Below, in pieces: positions 1 through 11,153 of a DNA stretch of 64,000 bases. The notes under the pieces were generated by a model that was not told where the DNA came from, searched no databases, and was given only the letters and a program-made list of their open reading frames with translations. Positions within the stretch are counted from its first letter, which is position 1. Each line of letters begins with the position of its first letter. Position numbers and translations under genes: made by a program. Source of the DNA: Saprolegnia diclina VS20 (lineage: Eukaryota); contig NW_008246096.1 of the NCBI RefSeq assembly GCF_000281045.1, forward strand, positions 39,727-103,726, read 5' to 3'.

Positions 1-737
1 CCGACCTGAAGCCCGGTCGAGAACATGCCGCGCATCTGCGTGGGCGAGATCTCGGAAATGAGCACGTTGGAGACGTTGATGGCGGCGCCGGACGCGATAC
101 CCGAGACGACGCGGCCAAACGAGAAGAGGTAGATCTCGCTCGAGACCGTCTCGAGGACACCACCGACAATCATCGTGATCGCAATCAAAAAGAGCGTGCG
201 CTGGCGACCAAACTTGTCGGCGGGGTACCCGCTGGTCATGGCGCCGATCGCACCACCGACGATCCACGCCGTGACGGCCATCGTCCACTCGTTGCCCGAG
301 TGGCCGGGAAACATGATGCACGCCTTGTCCGGGATCGGGTTCTTCGCGCAGTCGACGTTGAACGGACGGTAGTTGAGCTGCGAGAGGAGCCAGCCAAATT
401 GGAACGAACCCATGAGCGCGACCGCGATCGTCACATACAGAATCGGCATCGGGATCAAGGCCGCGGCGTGCTCTTCGTGCATCATGCTCTCGAGACGACT
501 GAGGCGGACACGCGACGTGCTGCGGCGGGACGCGCGCCATGATGTACTCGCACGGGGTTCGTTCAGGCCGCCATCGTCGGATCGCGGAGTGTCCTGAATG
601 GCCACATAGTCGTCGGTATGTTCGTTGTGGTGTGCGTCTTGGAGGGCGACGTAGTCATCGTTGTGGTCTTGGATGGCCGAGGCCTTTGGTAGTGGCGAGA
701 TGGCTTTGGGCGCTGGCAATTGCGCTGTGTCGGCCAT
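1..737 (-). CDS. MFS sugar porter (GLUT-like) transporter, 5' part only; runs off the window start
   Basis: Minus-strand reading from ATG at 737: MADTAQLPAP...RASRRSTSRVRLSRLESMMHEEH...ALMGSFQFGWLLSQLNYRPF...PADKFGRQ...GRVVSG...SEISPTQMRGMFSTGLQV; close paralog of 3789-5402. Absent from the ORF track because it is truncated. Confidence 0.9.
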   Translation of the reverse strand, partial: MADTAQLPAPKAISPLPKASAIQDHNDDYVALQDAHHNEHTDDYVAIQDTPRSDDGGLNEPRASTSWRASRRSTSRVRLSRLESMMHEEHAAALIPMPILYVTIAVALMGSFQFGWLLSQLNYRPFNVDCAKNPIPDKACIMFPGHSGNEWTMAVTAWIVGGAIGAMTSGYPADKFGRQRTLFLIAITMIVGGVLETVSSEIYLFSFGRVVSGIASGAAINVSNVLISEISPTQMRGMFSTGLQV

Positions 738-740
738 GGT

Positions 741-756
741 GAATTGCAAAATGGTC
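741..756 (-). promoter_or_regulatory. Oomycete Inr/FPR-like core promoter element
   Basis: Reverse complement GACCATTTTGCAATTC lies just upstream of the ATG at 737 and resembles the TCATTYYNCAWTTY consensus. Confidence 0.55.
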
Positions 757-1352
757 AAAAGCGCTGCGGCCGCGGAAGACCAGGAGGTAATCTATGTTAC
801 TGCCACTTCGCGTGGCTCGGTTCTCTGCCGCTTCCACATCACTGCGTCAAGTAACACGATTAGCGGGTGACTACCTTCGATGTTTTAATAGTGTAGGTAG
901 TGACTAAATGTGTTTGTATTGGATTAACACGATTTACGTACTTTGCGTGGTGAGAATGCGACTTTGCCTTAGGTTTGAAGTTCAAGAATGTTGGCGCCAA
1001 GTCTCCCATTTGCTGCTGCGTTTATCGCACGAAGAATCTTTTCAACGCCTATACAGCGTGTTGTCGCCGCGTACTGTCTTGCTGCGCGCGGTGAATCAGT
1101 CGAATGATGACGAAAGGACGCGGCTGAGTGTTGATGGCAACTTCGCCGCGCAACCACGCACCGTGATGCGATGTATCACTTACAGTGAGGGTGGAGCGAC
1201 GAGCGTACGGCAAGTCGAGCCAAACACATGCCGCTATCGCACCCGTATCCGAGAGCAAGCTGCAAGTTACGGGGCCGGCCATAGTCTTTGAAGTCGCGTT
1301 TTGTATGCTTGCCAAACCGTACCGGTGCGCCGTCACAAGCTCGCCAGGATTT

Positions 1353-1422
1353 GGGCCAATCCACGCCCTCATGTGGTCGTGATTTTAGCCAATCCACGCG
1401 CGTATCCAAATTCTAGCCAATG
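1353..1422 (+). promoter_or_regulatory. Three CCAAT boxes upstream of the CCZ1-like gene
   Basis: GCCAATCCACGC twice and AGCCAATG within about 105 nt upstream of ATG 1458; similar CCAAT boxes precede lpxK, UFL1 and the gene at 58311. Confidence 0.55.
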
Positions 1423-1457
1423 AAAACGCGCTGGGACATCTGTGGGGACAAAGATCG

Positions 1458-3690
1458 ATGGAACTGGTCCTGTGGCACGACGGCCTTGGCAGCGACGACG
1501 ACGCAGCGACGGACGAAGAGTCAGCGGCGCGTGTCTTGTACTTCTTCCCGCCACGGGCCGTCGCTGACCAGCTCAACGTGCTCCAGCTGCTCCAGGGCGC
1601 CCATGCTTTCGCGTCCAGCTTTGGCGCGACCTCGGCCGCCGACGCGACGCATGTCCAGCTCACGACCATGCGCTACTGCTATCGCCGCTGTGAGTCGCAC
1701 GTGTGGATTGCTCTCGTATGTGTACGCATGGACCTATCGCTTCTATGCGTCGTGCTCTAGGGCGTACAGACGCGCGACGACGACGCGGTACGTGACCACG
1801 CAAACGCGCCGCCGGGAACGCCAACTTGCCTAGGCCGCATGCAGCGAAGCGGCGATGGAAGCTGCGGTCGACCAGCTCTACGCGACGTTTCGGCTCTTCT
1901 ACGGCAGCATTGAAGCGTACGGCACCAACGTACTTCGCCGCTCATGCCCAGCGTAGGCGCCTCGCCACGAATCGCGCGGGCACGTCGGGCATGGCCGTTC
2001 TCGAGCAAATTGGTGCGTCGCGCAAGCTGCTTCGCAAAGCCTCTTCGTACGATACTGCATGCAATGCACCATGGACTAGAGCGCAACGTGTAGGCGGGCG
2101 CTGCAGGTGCGGGACGACGCCGACACGAGCGCACTCGAGGCAGCGCACGAGAGGGTCGAGAGCCTCCGCGTCTCGCTCGCGCAGCTTGAAGACGCCTCTC
2201 CGATCCACGCGTTTCGTCGCGTGTGCGCCGACTTTTTCCCTGTCTTTGCCCAGGCGCTCGGACTCGACGAACAAGTGACGTGCTTTAGCGACCTCCACGG
2301 TACACCTCGCCTGTGTATGGTCGTGGGTTCAAGCCAGCAAGTGGACGCTAGGGTTGGTGTACTACCCAGAAAGCAAGCACCTCCAGCTATGCTTTCAGTT
2401 GCTTCTTCAGAGTCTCTCGACCGAGCTTCCCGCGATCGTGTCGGCGGCCGCGTTCGTCCACGGTAGTGAAGTCATGGCTCACGGCGCCCACTGTCTCGTT
2501 CTATTAGGACAAGTTGTCTGGACGCAGCTGCCTTTCGAGCAGCTGGCCTTGCTCTACACTGTACTCCGGCTCCGCGAGCAAGAGGGCTATGTGCGTGCGC
2601 ACCCTGCGTCGCCGACGTCGCTGTGGATGGACCAGACATACTCTGCTGCTTACTCCCCCGTGTGGGCCACCAAGCAAGCCTACACCGAGATGAACGGAAG
2701 CCCAAGTCCGCTGCTTAAGCGCCGACCAAGGTAGTACCACAACCGACTTGCCAATTTATAACGCGCCATGTCTTAGTGCGCGCGAGTACTTGGCCGAAGT
2801 CACCAACTCGTTCAAGAACCCGAGCCCACACGCCGTCAACCACGGTTTACAGTGCGTCGACGGGACGTTTGCTCTGCTTGGAGCCAAGGACATTTGGGCG
2901 CCGGCCATTTCGCTGCTCGTGAACAGACAGCAATGCCACCTTCTTGTGTGGCAGGTGGACCACGTTATCTTGTGTCGGTACCGAGCTTGACAGGCTATGG
3001 TAGGAGCTGCTTGTTACGTTGGTCTTTGTCGTGGAAGCGAACGACGCGGTCGCACTCTCACGTACACGACGTCTTCGGTCGCCTGGGACTTACCACATTG
3101 CTGTGCTAGGCGTCTGTGGCGCGCTACAGGACGTTCTCGACGGACATGTGCATGTGCGAGAGGCTTCGCGGCGCACAGTGTCGCCGCCAACAGCGTCATC
3201 GTCGTACGTCCTTCCATGATCTGCCCTCGCAGCTAATGGCATTTAGGTCGGTCTGGTCGTTCATTCACGTAAACCGCATGACGCTGGGCGTGCAGCTCCA
3301 CAACCTCGCCAAGTTGCGCAGTAAGTCCCGGGTACGTGATGCTGCCGCGCCAACGAGGCGACGTCAAGTAGGATGGTGCTGGTATGCCGCTGCGACTTCA
3401 GGCAGCCAGTGTACCTCGGCCACTCCTCGACGTTCTCAACCACGCCCACGCCGCGATGGCCGCGTATGCTTTGTATGGTGCCTTGTAGATGCGTGAACCG
3501 TCGTAGGGATACGGCGCTGCTGGATGTATGCGTTCGGACGCCGGGCGACGGCTGGGTCGTCGCCCGGCGATCGGGAACGGTCGGTCGCGAGCTCTACGCA
3601 TTCTTTGATGCGAGCGTCGAGACGCTTGGCGACTTGAGCAAGAGCATGACCGAGCTCATCCTGCACGACTTTGAGAGCACTTTTATGTAA
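1458..3690 (+). CDS. CCZ1: Vacuolar fusion protein CCZ1-like (CCZ1/INTU longin-domain family), multi-exon
   Basis: N-terminal ...ESAARVLYFFPP...QLNVLQLLQGAHAFASSF and C-terminal CVRTPGDGWVVARRSGTVGRELYAFFD match CCZ1-family signatures; the reading frame is split by many short GT-AG introns. Confidence 0.7.
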
Positions 3691-3788
3691 CGTTAGTCTA
3701 TCTTTCTACATGTCGACCCTACCCCTGTAACACTCTCACACGTGCCTCTACTCGTCGAGACTACGCATGCATCCTACTTATGTCCACC

Positions 3789-5402
3789 TTATATAGTAGA
3801 ACTCTCCTCGTCGTCGATCGCACGCAGAAGCTTGTCATGGGACGAGACGGAGCGCGGCGGGTGGTGGGCAAAGGCCACTTGAATTTCATCAAACGTCTTT
3901 TGCGCAGTCTCGGGCACTACGGAATAGACAAAGCAGAGGACACCGAGGAGGTACCCGACAAACAGTAGAAAGGTATAGCTGCCGAGAACCGACGGGTCGG
4001 CCAAGAGCGGGTAGAAGACGCCAACGACCAAGTTGGCCAGCCACGTGGTCATGGTGCCGACGGCGCCTGCACCCGCGTGAAGAAAATCGGGAAAGATTTC
4101 AGCCGACACCATCCACGCCATCGGGCCGATCGAGAGACAGAACGCGCCGACAAAGATCCCGGTGGATGCAATAGAGAGCAGCGGACTGGCATAAAAGAGC
4201 GAGACGACGATGCCTCCGGATGCGAATGCCATGAGCGATAGAAATCCCAGCAGCAGCGTCCGTCGCGGGAACGTGTCCATGATGCGCGCCGCCACCAAGA
4301 TCATGCTCGTGCGCACGACGTTGATGATCGTGTTGCCAATGCGCGGGTCGCTCACGCCGGCGCTCGCAAAGATGGACGATGAGTAGTACATGACGGCGTT
4401 GATACCGCAGAGCTGCTGCGCCGAGCAGAGCACGATCGCAATGATGAGTTGCTGGCGGTACTTCTTCGAGAAAAGCAGGCTCCAAGTGTTCACGCCAGCA
4501 GTCTCCTTGACCTCGTCGTCGTGGGCTGATAGCATGCCTTGTAGAATGCCTTCGTAGTCGCACGGGCGGTACAACTGCTGGAGCTCGGTCAAGGCGAGGG
4601 CCGTCTCGCCGTGCGTGACGAGCCACACCGGACTTTTCGTCGTGAGCGGGATCAAGAGGATCTGCGCAATGCCCAGCACGGTCGGGAACCCGACAAGGAT
4701 GCGCCAGCCGCTGCCGTACCCGACAAAGTAGTGGACCGTGGTCACCGCCAACGACCCGAACGCGACGCCGACCTGAAGCCCGGTCGAGAACATACCGCGC
4801 ATCTGCGTGGGCGAGATCTCGGAAATGAGCACGTTGCAGACGTTGATGGCGGCGCCGGACGCAATACCCGAGACGAGCCGGCCGATCGAGAAGAGAGTGA
4901 TACTATCGGCGGCTGTCTGCAGCGCGCTCCCCAGTACCATGACGATGGCGTTGACAAGCAGCGTGTAGTGCCGCCCAATGTGATCGGCCGGATACCCACT
5001 GCCACTGGCGCCGATCGCACCACCGACGATCCACGCCGTGACCGCCATCGTCCATTGCTTCTCCGAGTGACTAGGAAAGAGGATGCACGCCTTGTCCGGG
5101 ATCGGGTTCTTCGCACAGTCGACGTTGAACGGACGGTAGTTGAGCTGCGAGAGGAGCCAGCCGAATTGGAACGACCCCATGAGCGCGACCGCGATCGTCA
5201 CGTACAAGAGCGGTGTCGGGACTAGAGCCTTCGCATGCTCTTCGTGCAGCATGGCTTCGAGGCGACTGAGGCGGACCCGCGAATTGCTGCGGTGTTTGGC
5301 GCGGATGGACAAGGCCGGCGGTGCGTGCTTGGGCGTGCCCTCGATGGCCACGTACGTGTCGTTGGGCGACGGCAGCGGCGTCGCGACATCACGGAACGAC
5401 AT
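3789..5402 (-). CDS. MFS sugar porter (GLUT-like) transporter, intronless
   Basis: 12-TM pattern with ADHIGR, GRLVSG, SEISP..RG, QQLCGINA, GPMAW, AEIFP, VPET; likely start MSFRDVATP at 5402. Confidence 0.92.
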   Translation of the reverse strand: MSFRDVATPLPSPNDTYVAIEGTPKHAPPALSIRAKHRSNSRVRLSRLEAMLHEEHAKALVPTPLLYVTIAVALMGSFQFGWLLSQLNYRPFNVDCAKNPIPDKACILFPSHSEKQWTMAVTAWIVGGAIGASGSGYPADHIGRHYTLLVNAIVMVLGSALQTAADSITLFSIGRLVSGIASGAAINVCNVLISEISPTQMRGMFSTGLQVGVAFGSLAVTTVHYFVGYGSGWRILVGFPTVLGIAQILLIPLTTKSPVWLVTHGETALALTELQQLYRPCDYEGILQGMLSAHDDEVKETAGVNTWSLLFSKKYRQQLIIAIVLCSAQQLCGINAVMYYSSSIFASAGVSDPRIGNTIINVVRTSMILVAARIMDTFPRRTLLLGFLSLMAFASGGIVVSLFYASPLLSIASTGIFVGAFCLSIGPMAWMVSAEIFPDFLHAGAGAVGTMTTWLANLVVGVFYPLLADPSVLGSYTFLLFVGYLLGVLCFVYSVVPETAQKTFDEIQVAFAHHPPRSVSSHDKLLRAIDDEESSTI

Positions 5403-6002
5403 GCGTCCGACTTTGCACGAGCCAAAATATCGAACGACCTGCGCATGTCCGTTTCCGCCGCCACGTGCAAGCAACCGCCGTAAAGACCTTGTGCGCAGTA
5501 GCGATGGGAGCTATATTGCCAAGCACAGGGCTCCAGAAGATTGGGCACCTTGCTTGAATGCAGCTTTTCCCAACCTGCAGAAGTATTCTCAATGCGTTTG
5601 GCCTCTAAGAACTTATCGAAGAACTTCGGGTGTAGTGGGCTGTCGGCCTTGGAGCTGGTCGCTTGACCACACGATGCCGCGAAGACAGTCCTTTCACGGG
5701 CATTGCATGCCGAAAATAAGGCTCGACCTTGGTTTTTGGAGGTCACGAACTTGACTCTTTTCGAAGCCGACAAATCGTCGCCGAGGGCAGCAGCAGACGA
5801 CATTCCACCACGAGACAGTGGCCAAGGATGGGCGGCCTCAACAAGCGTCCCAACGCGGTATTGCAAACGTCACTGCATGTGCCCGTTCAATAACAATGTC
5901 TCGAGCGAGCTTCGTCCGTCAACCTGGTACCGTGCTTGAAGAAGTGGCACGTAAGATGCAATCAGATTCCTAAATTCTATTATTTAAGTCGTCGCGATGT
6001 CG

Positions 6003-7625
6003 CTACTCAAAGCTGTCGAACGGGTCGACTTCGGCCACGGCCTTGGGCGACGGCGGCGAGACGCGGTCAAACTCGGCTTGGATCTCGTCAAACGTGCGCT
6101 GGGCCGTCTCGGGCACAACAAAATAAATGAAGGTAATGAAGATGACGAGGAGGCCGAGGAAGATGAGGAACGCATAGTCGCTAAGCACGTCCGGCTTGGA
6201 GAGCGTCGGGTACGAGATACCGACCAGAAAATCACCGCTGAACGTAAACATGGTGCCCACGCCGCCTGCGCTCGCATGCAGATAGTCTGGGAAGATCTCG
6301 GCAGCGACCATCCACGCCATTGAGCCGATCGAGAAGCAGTACGCGCCGACATACGTCGCCGTCGCAAGCACAGAGAGAATCGGACTGGCGTAGATGAGCG
6401 AGATCGAGATGCAGGTCGCCGCCGCCGCCATGACGCCCATACCAAAGAGGAGAAGCGTCCGCCGATGGAACTTGTCCATGACCTTGGCGGCAAACACCAT
6501 ACCAATGGTACGGACCACGTTGATGATCGTGTTGCCAATGCGCGGGTCGTTCACGCCGGCGCTCGCAAAGATGGACGACGAGTAGTACATGACGGCGTTG
6601 ATACCGCAGAGCTGCTTGGCCACACAGAGCACGATCGCAATCGTGAGCTGAAGGCGGTACCGTTTCGAGAAGAGCGACTGCCACGGGTTGATGCCCACCG
6701 TCTCCTCGACCATCTCGTCGTGCGAAGCTTGAATTGCGTGCAAAATGGCCTCCGTATCGCACGGCAGGTACAACCGGTTGAGTTCAGCGAGGGCCAACTC
6801 GGGCTTGCCGACAGAGATGAGCCACACAGGACTCTTGGCCGTGAACGGAAGAAGAAAGATCTGGAGCCCACCAAGCGCGATCGGGAACCCAACAAGGAGC
6901 CGCCAGCCGTACGAGTAGCCGATAAAGTAGTGGCACGTTGTGACGGCGAGCGAGCCGAATGCAATCGCGACTTGAAGGCCCGTTGCGAAAAGACCGCGCA
7001 TCTCCATCGGCGAGATCTCGGAGACGAGGACGTTGGCGACGTTGACAGCGGCGCCAGCAGCAATACCCGAGACGAGGCGGCCAAACGCAAAGAGGTAGAT
7101 GCCCGTGGACGCGCTTTGAATCACTGCGCCGGCAATCATGATGATGGCATTGAGGTACAAGGTGCGTTGACGGCCATACTTGTCGGCGGGGGCGCTGCTG
7201 CCAATGGTACCGATGGCCGCGCCGATGGTCCAGGACGTGACCGCCATCGTCCACTCAGTGCCCGAGTGACCAGGAAACATGATGCAGTTGTCCGCCGGAA
7301 TCGGAATCTCGCCGCACTTGGAGTTGAACGGCTTGTAGTTGAGCTGCGTGAGGATCCAGCCGAGTTGGAAGGTGCCCATGAGCGCAACCGTGATCGTCAA
7401 GTAGAGTGCACGTGCTGGCTGCAGTGCTTTCGAGTGCTCCTCGGTAATCATCGACTCGAGGCGGCTGAGATGGCGTCGGGAGGACGACCGGTTCGCGGAC
7501 CGCGACGTCGCTCGCTTGCCATCGCCGAGCGTCGGTGAAGACGGCGGTATCGCCACAAAGACGTCCGGTTTGGGTGTCGAGACGAGGCCAAAATTGGTGG
7601 TTGGAAGGAGTTGTGCGCCGGCCAT
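6003..7625 (-). CDS. MFS sugar porter (GLUT-like) transporter; inverted paralog of 15467-17092
   Basis: Sugar porter motifs (ADKYGR, GRLVSG, SEISP, KQLCGINA, AEIFP, VPET); start MAGAQLLP chosen by alignment with the paralog's MAGTPQLP. Confidence 0.92.
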   Translation of the reverse strand: MAGAQLLPTTNFGLVSTPKPDVFVAIPPSSPTLGDGKRATSRSANRSSSRRHLSRLESMITEEHSKALQPARALYLTITVALMGTFQLGWILTQLNYKPFNSKCGEIPIPADNCIMFPGHSGTEWTMAVTSWTIGAAIGTIGSSAPADKYGRQRTLYLNAIIMIAGAVIQSASTGIYLFAFGRLVSGIAAGAAVNVANVLVSEISPMEMRGLFATGLQVAIAFGSLAVTTCHYFIGYSYGWRLLVGFPIALGGLQIFLLPFTAKSPVWLISVGKPELALAELNRLYLPCDTEAILHAIQASHDEMVEETVGINPWQSLFSKRYRLQLTIAIVLCVAKQLCGINAVMYYSSSIFASAGVNDPRIGNTIINVVRTIGMVFAAKVMDKFHRRTLLLFGMGVMAAAATCISISLIYASPILSVLATATYVGAYCFSIGSMAWMVAAEIFPDYLHASAGGVGTMFTFSGDFLVGISYPTLSKPDVLSDYAFLIFLGLLVIFITFIYFVVPETAQRTFDEIQAEFDRVSPPSPKAVAEVDPFDSFE

Positions 7626-8410
7626 TGCAAGTTGTCGAGTGCTGTGCCATCGCGCCAAAGATCGCAGGTTTCGGCACGTGTCTCTGTGCGCCACCCATTC
7701 TATGTTGCAGATGAGATTGAACTTTGCAAGCAGTGTCGTGCGCGCGCCACGTCATATCGTGGTCCAGTCATGCTTTCTTTTATGGCCAATATGAGCTGCG
7801 GCCTCTGGATGCAGCAAGTGCATTGGGAAATGAGAAATGTGTGTCAGCGGTACCAACAATGATTTGTATTGCCCTTGAAAATACTACGCACTTCAGTTGC
7901 CGTTGTCGCTGCGACGACATGACAACCGGGTTCTCCTTCAAGGTGCGCCAACGGCCGCAGGAGTATGCATGAGGAAGCCACGACGTCGGACGAAATGTCG
8001 TTCGTCCTGGCGCGGACCCTCGACAAATTTTGTCGAGGGTCCACGCCAGGAACAGGATCGGCCAAGTTGGTTCCTCAGTTTTGCCGACGCTTGCGACGCC
8101 CAAGATCACACTGTGGTCAGTGCACGGATGCACGGCGGATGGAATCAGCAAAATTCTCGCGCTTGTCGTCGTCGCATCAGCTTTCCGAACGACAGGCCAT
8201 TGCCAGTTGCGCCTGTGGTGATGATGGGTGCACGGTTGGACTTGCCAAAGACAGCGCAGATTTGCAGCCAAATAATGGGCGAGGTTGTACCGGATCAAAC
8301 GTCTGGCGCTTCATACCATCCGGATACTAAAAGCAGTCCGATTGTTCTAGAACAACCGATGCACTGTCATGACAAAACACACAAATTAGTTTATAAATCT
8401 AGTGGGGTAC

Positions 8411-10057
8411 CTAGTCGATGCTCGCGTACGGGTCCAATTCGACTTGAGCTTTGGGCGACGAAACCGGGAGCGGGTTGAAGAGCAGCTGGATCTCGTCCGA
8501 GGTCTTGTGCGACGTCTCGGGGAGCATAATGTACGTAAAGGACGCGTAGCCAACGAGGAAGGCGAAGAAGAGGAGGAACGCATAGTTGGAGAGCGCGTTG
8601 GCGGCTGCGATCGACGGGTAGAAGAGGCCGACGATGAGATCGGCGATCCACGTGGTCATGGTGCCGACGCCGCCGGCCTTGGCGTGGAGAAAGTCGGGAA
8701 AGATCTCGGCCGTGAGCATCCACGCCATCGGGCCGATCGAGAGCGAGAAGGCGCCGACAAAGATTGCCGTCGAGACGAGCGACACGATCGGGTTGGCGTA
8801 AATGAGCGAAAAGACAACGCCGAGCGCCGCGATGGCCATGGCCGAGAGACCCGACACGAGCAAAGTGCGGCGCTTGACCTTGTCCATGATGCGGGACGCG
8901 ACGAGGATGCCGCCCGTGCGCACAATGTTGACGATCGTGTTGCCGACGCGCGGGTCCGTGATGCCGGCGTCAAAAAAGATGTCGGACGAGTAGTACATGA
9001 TGGCCGTGATACCGCACAGCTGCTGCGCCGAGCAGAGCACGACCGCGATGAGGAGCTGCTTGCGATAGCGCTTGGAGAGGAGCGCTTGCCACGCGTTGAT
9101 CTCGGCCTGCTCCTTCTCTTCCTCTTCGTGGGCCGCGATCATCGCTTGCAGCATCGCCTTGGTGTCGATGGGCGCAATATACAGACGCGTCATTTCCGCA
9201 ACAGCTTCGTCATGCTGCTGGTGGGCGACGAGCCAGACAGGGCTCTTGGCCGTGAACGGCAGCAAGAAGATTTGGACCGCACCCATGACGACCGGGAACC
9301 CGACGAGGAAGCGCCAGCCGTACGAGAAGCCGACAAAGTAGTGGCACGTCGTCACCAGGAGCGCGCCGGACGCAATGAAGATCTGGATACCGGTGCCGAG
9401 CGTACCGCGCATGTGCGTGGGCGAGATCTCCGTGATGAGGATGTTGGCGACGTTGATGGCCGCGCCAGATGCGAGGCCCGAGATGAACCGACCGACCGAG
9501 AAGAGGTAGACTTCCGTGGACGCGGCTTGGACGGCGCCACCGACGATGATCACGATCGCGTTGAGAAAGAGCGACCGCTTCCGGCCAAACTTGTCGGCGG
9601 GCACACCGCTGCCCATGGCGCCAATGGCCGCGCCGAGAATCCACGTAGAGATGGCCAGCGTCCACTCGTTCTCCGAGTGACCCGCAAACATGACGCACGC
9701 TTCGTCCGGAATCGGCACCTTTTCGCACTCGAGGTTGAACGGACGGTAGTTGAGCTGCACGAGGCACCAGCCGACCTGGAGGCACCCGATGAGCGCGACG
9801 GCTGCCGTAATGTACAGCGCCGACGTCGGCATGAGCGCGGCCGCGGTCTCGTCGGGCAGCATGGCTTCGAGGCGACTGAGGCGGACGCGGGACGTGGATC
9901 GGCGGGATGCGCGAAGCGAGCCGGTGGACCCGGTGCGTTTGAGGTCGTCGGCCTTGGCTTTCGGCGAGCTCTTCATCGGAAGAAACACGTCCGGCTTGGG
10001 CTGGGTCGTCGGCGTGGTTGGCGCCGTGACGTAGGCGGCGGTTGGTGTCGAGGCCAT
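8411..10057 (-). CDS. MFS sugar porter (GLUT-like) transporter, 548 aa; inverted near-identical copy of 12899-14545
   Basis: Sugar porter motifs; protein matches the 12899 ORF except for one L/I change. Confidence 0.93.
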   Translation of the reverse strand: MASTPTAAYVTAPTTPTTQPKPDVFLPMKSSPKAKADDLKRTGSTGSLRASRRSTSRVRLSRLEAMLPDETAAALMPTSALYITAAVALIGCLQVGWCLVQLNYRPFNLECEKVPIPDEACVMFAGHSENEWTLAISTWILGAAIGAMGSGVPADKFGRKRSLFLNAIVIIVGGAVQAASTEVYLFSVGRFISGLASGAAINVANILITEISPTHMRGTLGTGIQIFIASGALLVTTCHYFVGFSYGWRFLVGFPVVMGAVQIFLLPFTAKSPVWLVAHQQHDEAVAEMTRLYIAPIDTKAMLQAMIAAHEEEEKEQAEINAWQALLSKRYRKQLLIAVVLCSAQQLCGITAIMYYSSDIFFDAGITDPRVGNTIVNIVRTGGILVASRIMDKVKRRTLLVSGLSAMAIAALGVVFSLIYANPIVSLVSTAIFVGAFSLSIGPMAWMLTAEIFPDFLHAKAGGVGTMTTWIADLIVGLFYPSIAAANALSNYAFLLFFAFLVGYASFTYIMLPETSHKTSDEIQLLFNPLPVSSPKAQVELDPYASID

Positions 10058-11153
10058 GGAAGCAGGACAGCAGCCGTGAGGCAGTGGAGTGGTGCTGGGA
10101 AGTGGAAAGTTGTAGAATGAGCTATTTGGGCTGCTTGATTTCTCAAGATTCACGTGTGCATCGCGTGCGTGCGTGTCTTCGCAGCCCGATGACCTGGCAA
10201 CATGCCGTTTTTATGCTACGGCGACGTCGCAAACCACTGGCTTGGCGGCCAAAACAGTGTTTGCATTTGCGACATGTGGCTGGGGCAGATAAAAATGAGT
10301 TCAACTTTCCGCGCTTTTTACGCGTGGCACGCGCCTGGAATCGCCCTGCTGTCGTCGCCGTCGGGTGTTGGCTTTCGTTGGATGCGGTCGCAACGACCGA
10401 TGCGCCATCAAGTTACGACTTTGGGACACTGTCGATGCACTGTTCGAGTACGCAGAGTCTTGAGGCAGTGTTGCAGCGTGGGATGGGAGTTTTCTTGTGT
10501 GCTACAGTGCCGCTTCCAGAGGAGCGGGCGAACGAACGTTGTAGCGTAGCCACGAGAAGATTGGTGTCAGCGCAGGCACCACATAAAACATGCTAGCATC
10601 CAGGTCACTTTGTTCTCGAGCATAGCTTCTGCTCGAATACAGTGCTGTGTCTCGAACCCGTGTACCTAGCCGGCGACGAATCGGCGCGACCGCCTAGGAT
10701 AAAACGTCAGAAGAAGGCGAGGACGCGAAAAGGAAGTGCGTGGGAAAGCCACGGACCTGCAGCGAACGAGGTACGCACCTGCTAGCAACACAAGCGACGA
10801 GTGCGTCGGTCACGGGTCAGCGATTGCGCCGCCGTTGCAAACTCCGTGTGGCTTGCCACCACAATAGAGACCGCGTGTGCTAAGTAGTACGTACACGTCC
10901 CAGTTCGCCTCGCAGTACAGTCGACGATGCGCCTGACTGGGCACGGCAGGTGCACTGAGCACACTTCTTGTCGTCCAAGAAGGTGCCTGTTTCTTGAACG
11001 GCGCTAGAGAATGCGACCCCGTGCCTCGTCCCGTGCGATGGCTAGCAATTACGCTCGCTGCTGTCTACAGCGCTGCTCGTCACTCGCACTTGGATCGAAT
11101 CGTCGGTCTGTGATTGGTTGGATGAGTACGGATAAAAAGCCAGCCAATCCGCG

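Noticed and set aside
10600..11050. Possible small gene in the left half of the inverted-repeat spacer
   Set aside because: Only short ORFs and ambiguous splice-like signals; no consistent model or motif.
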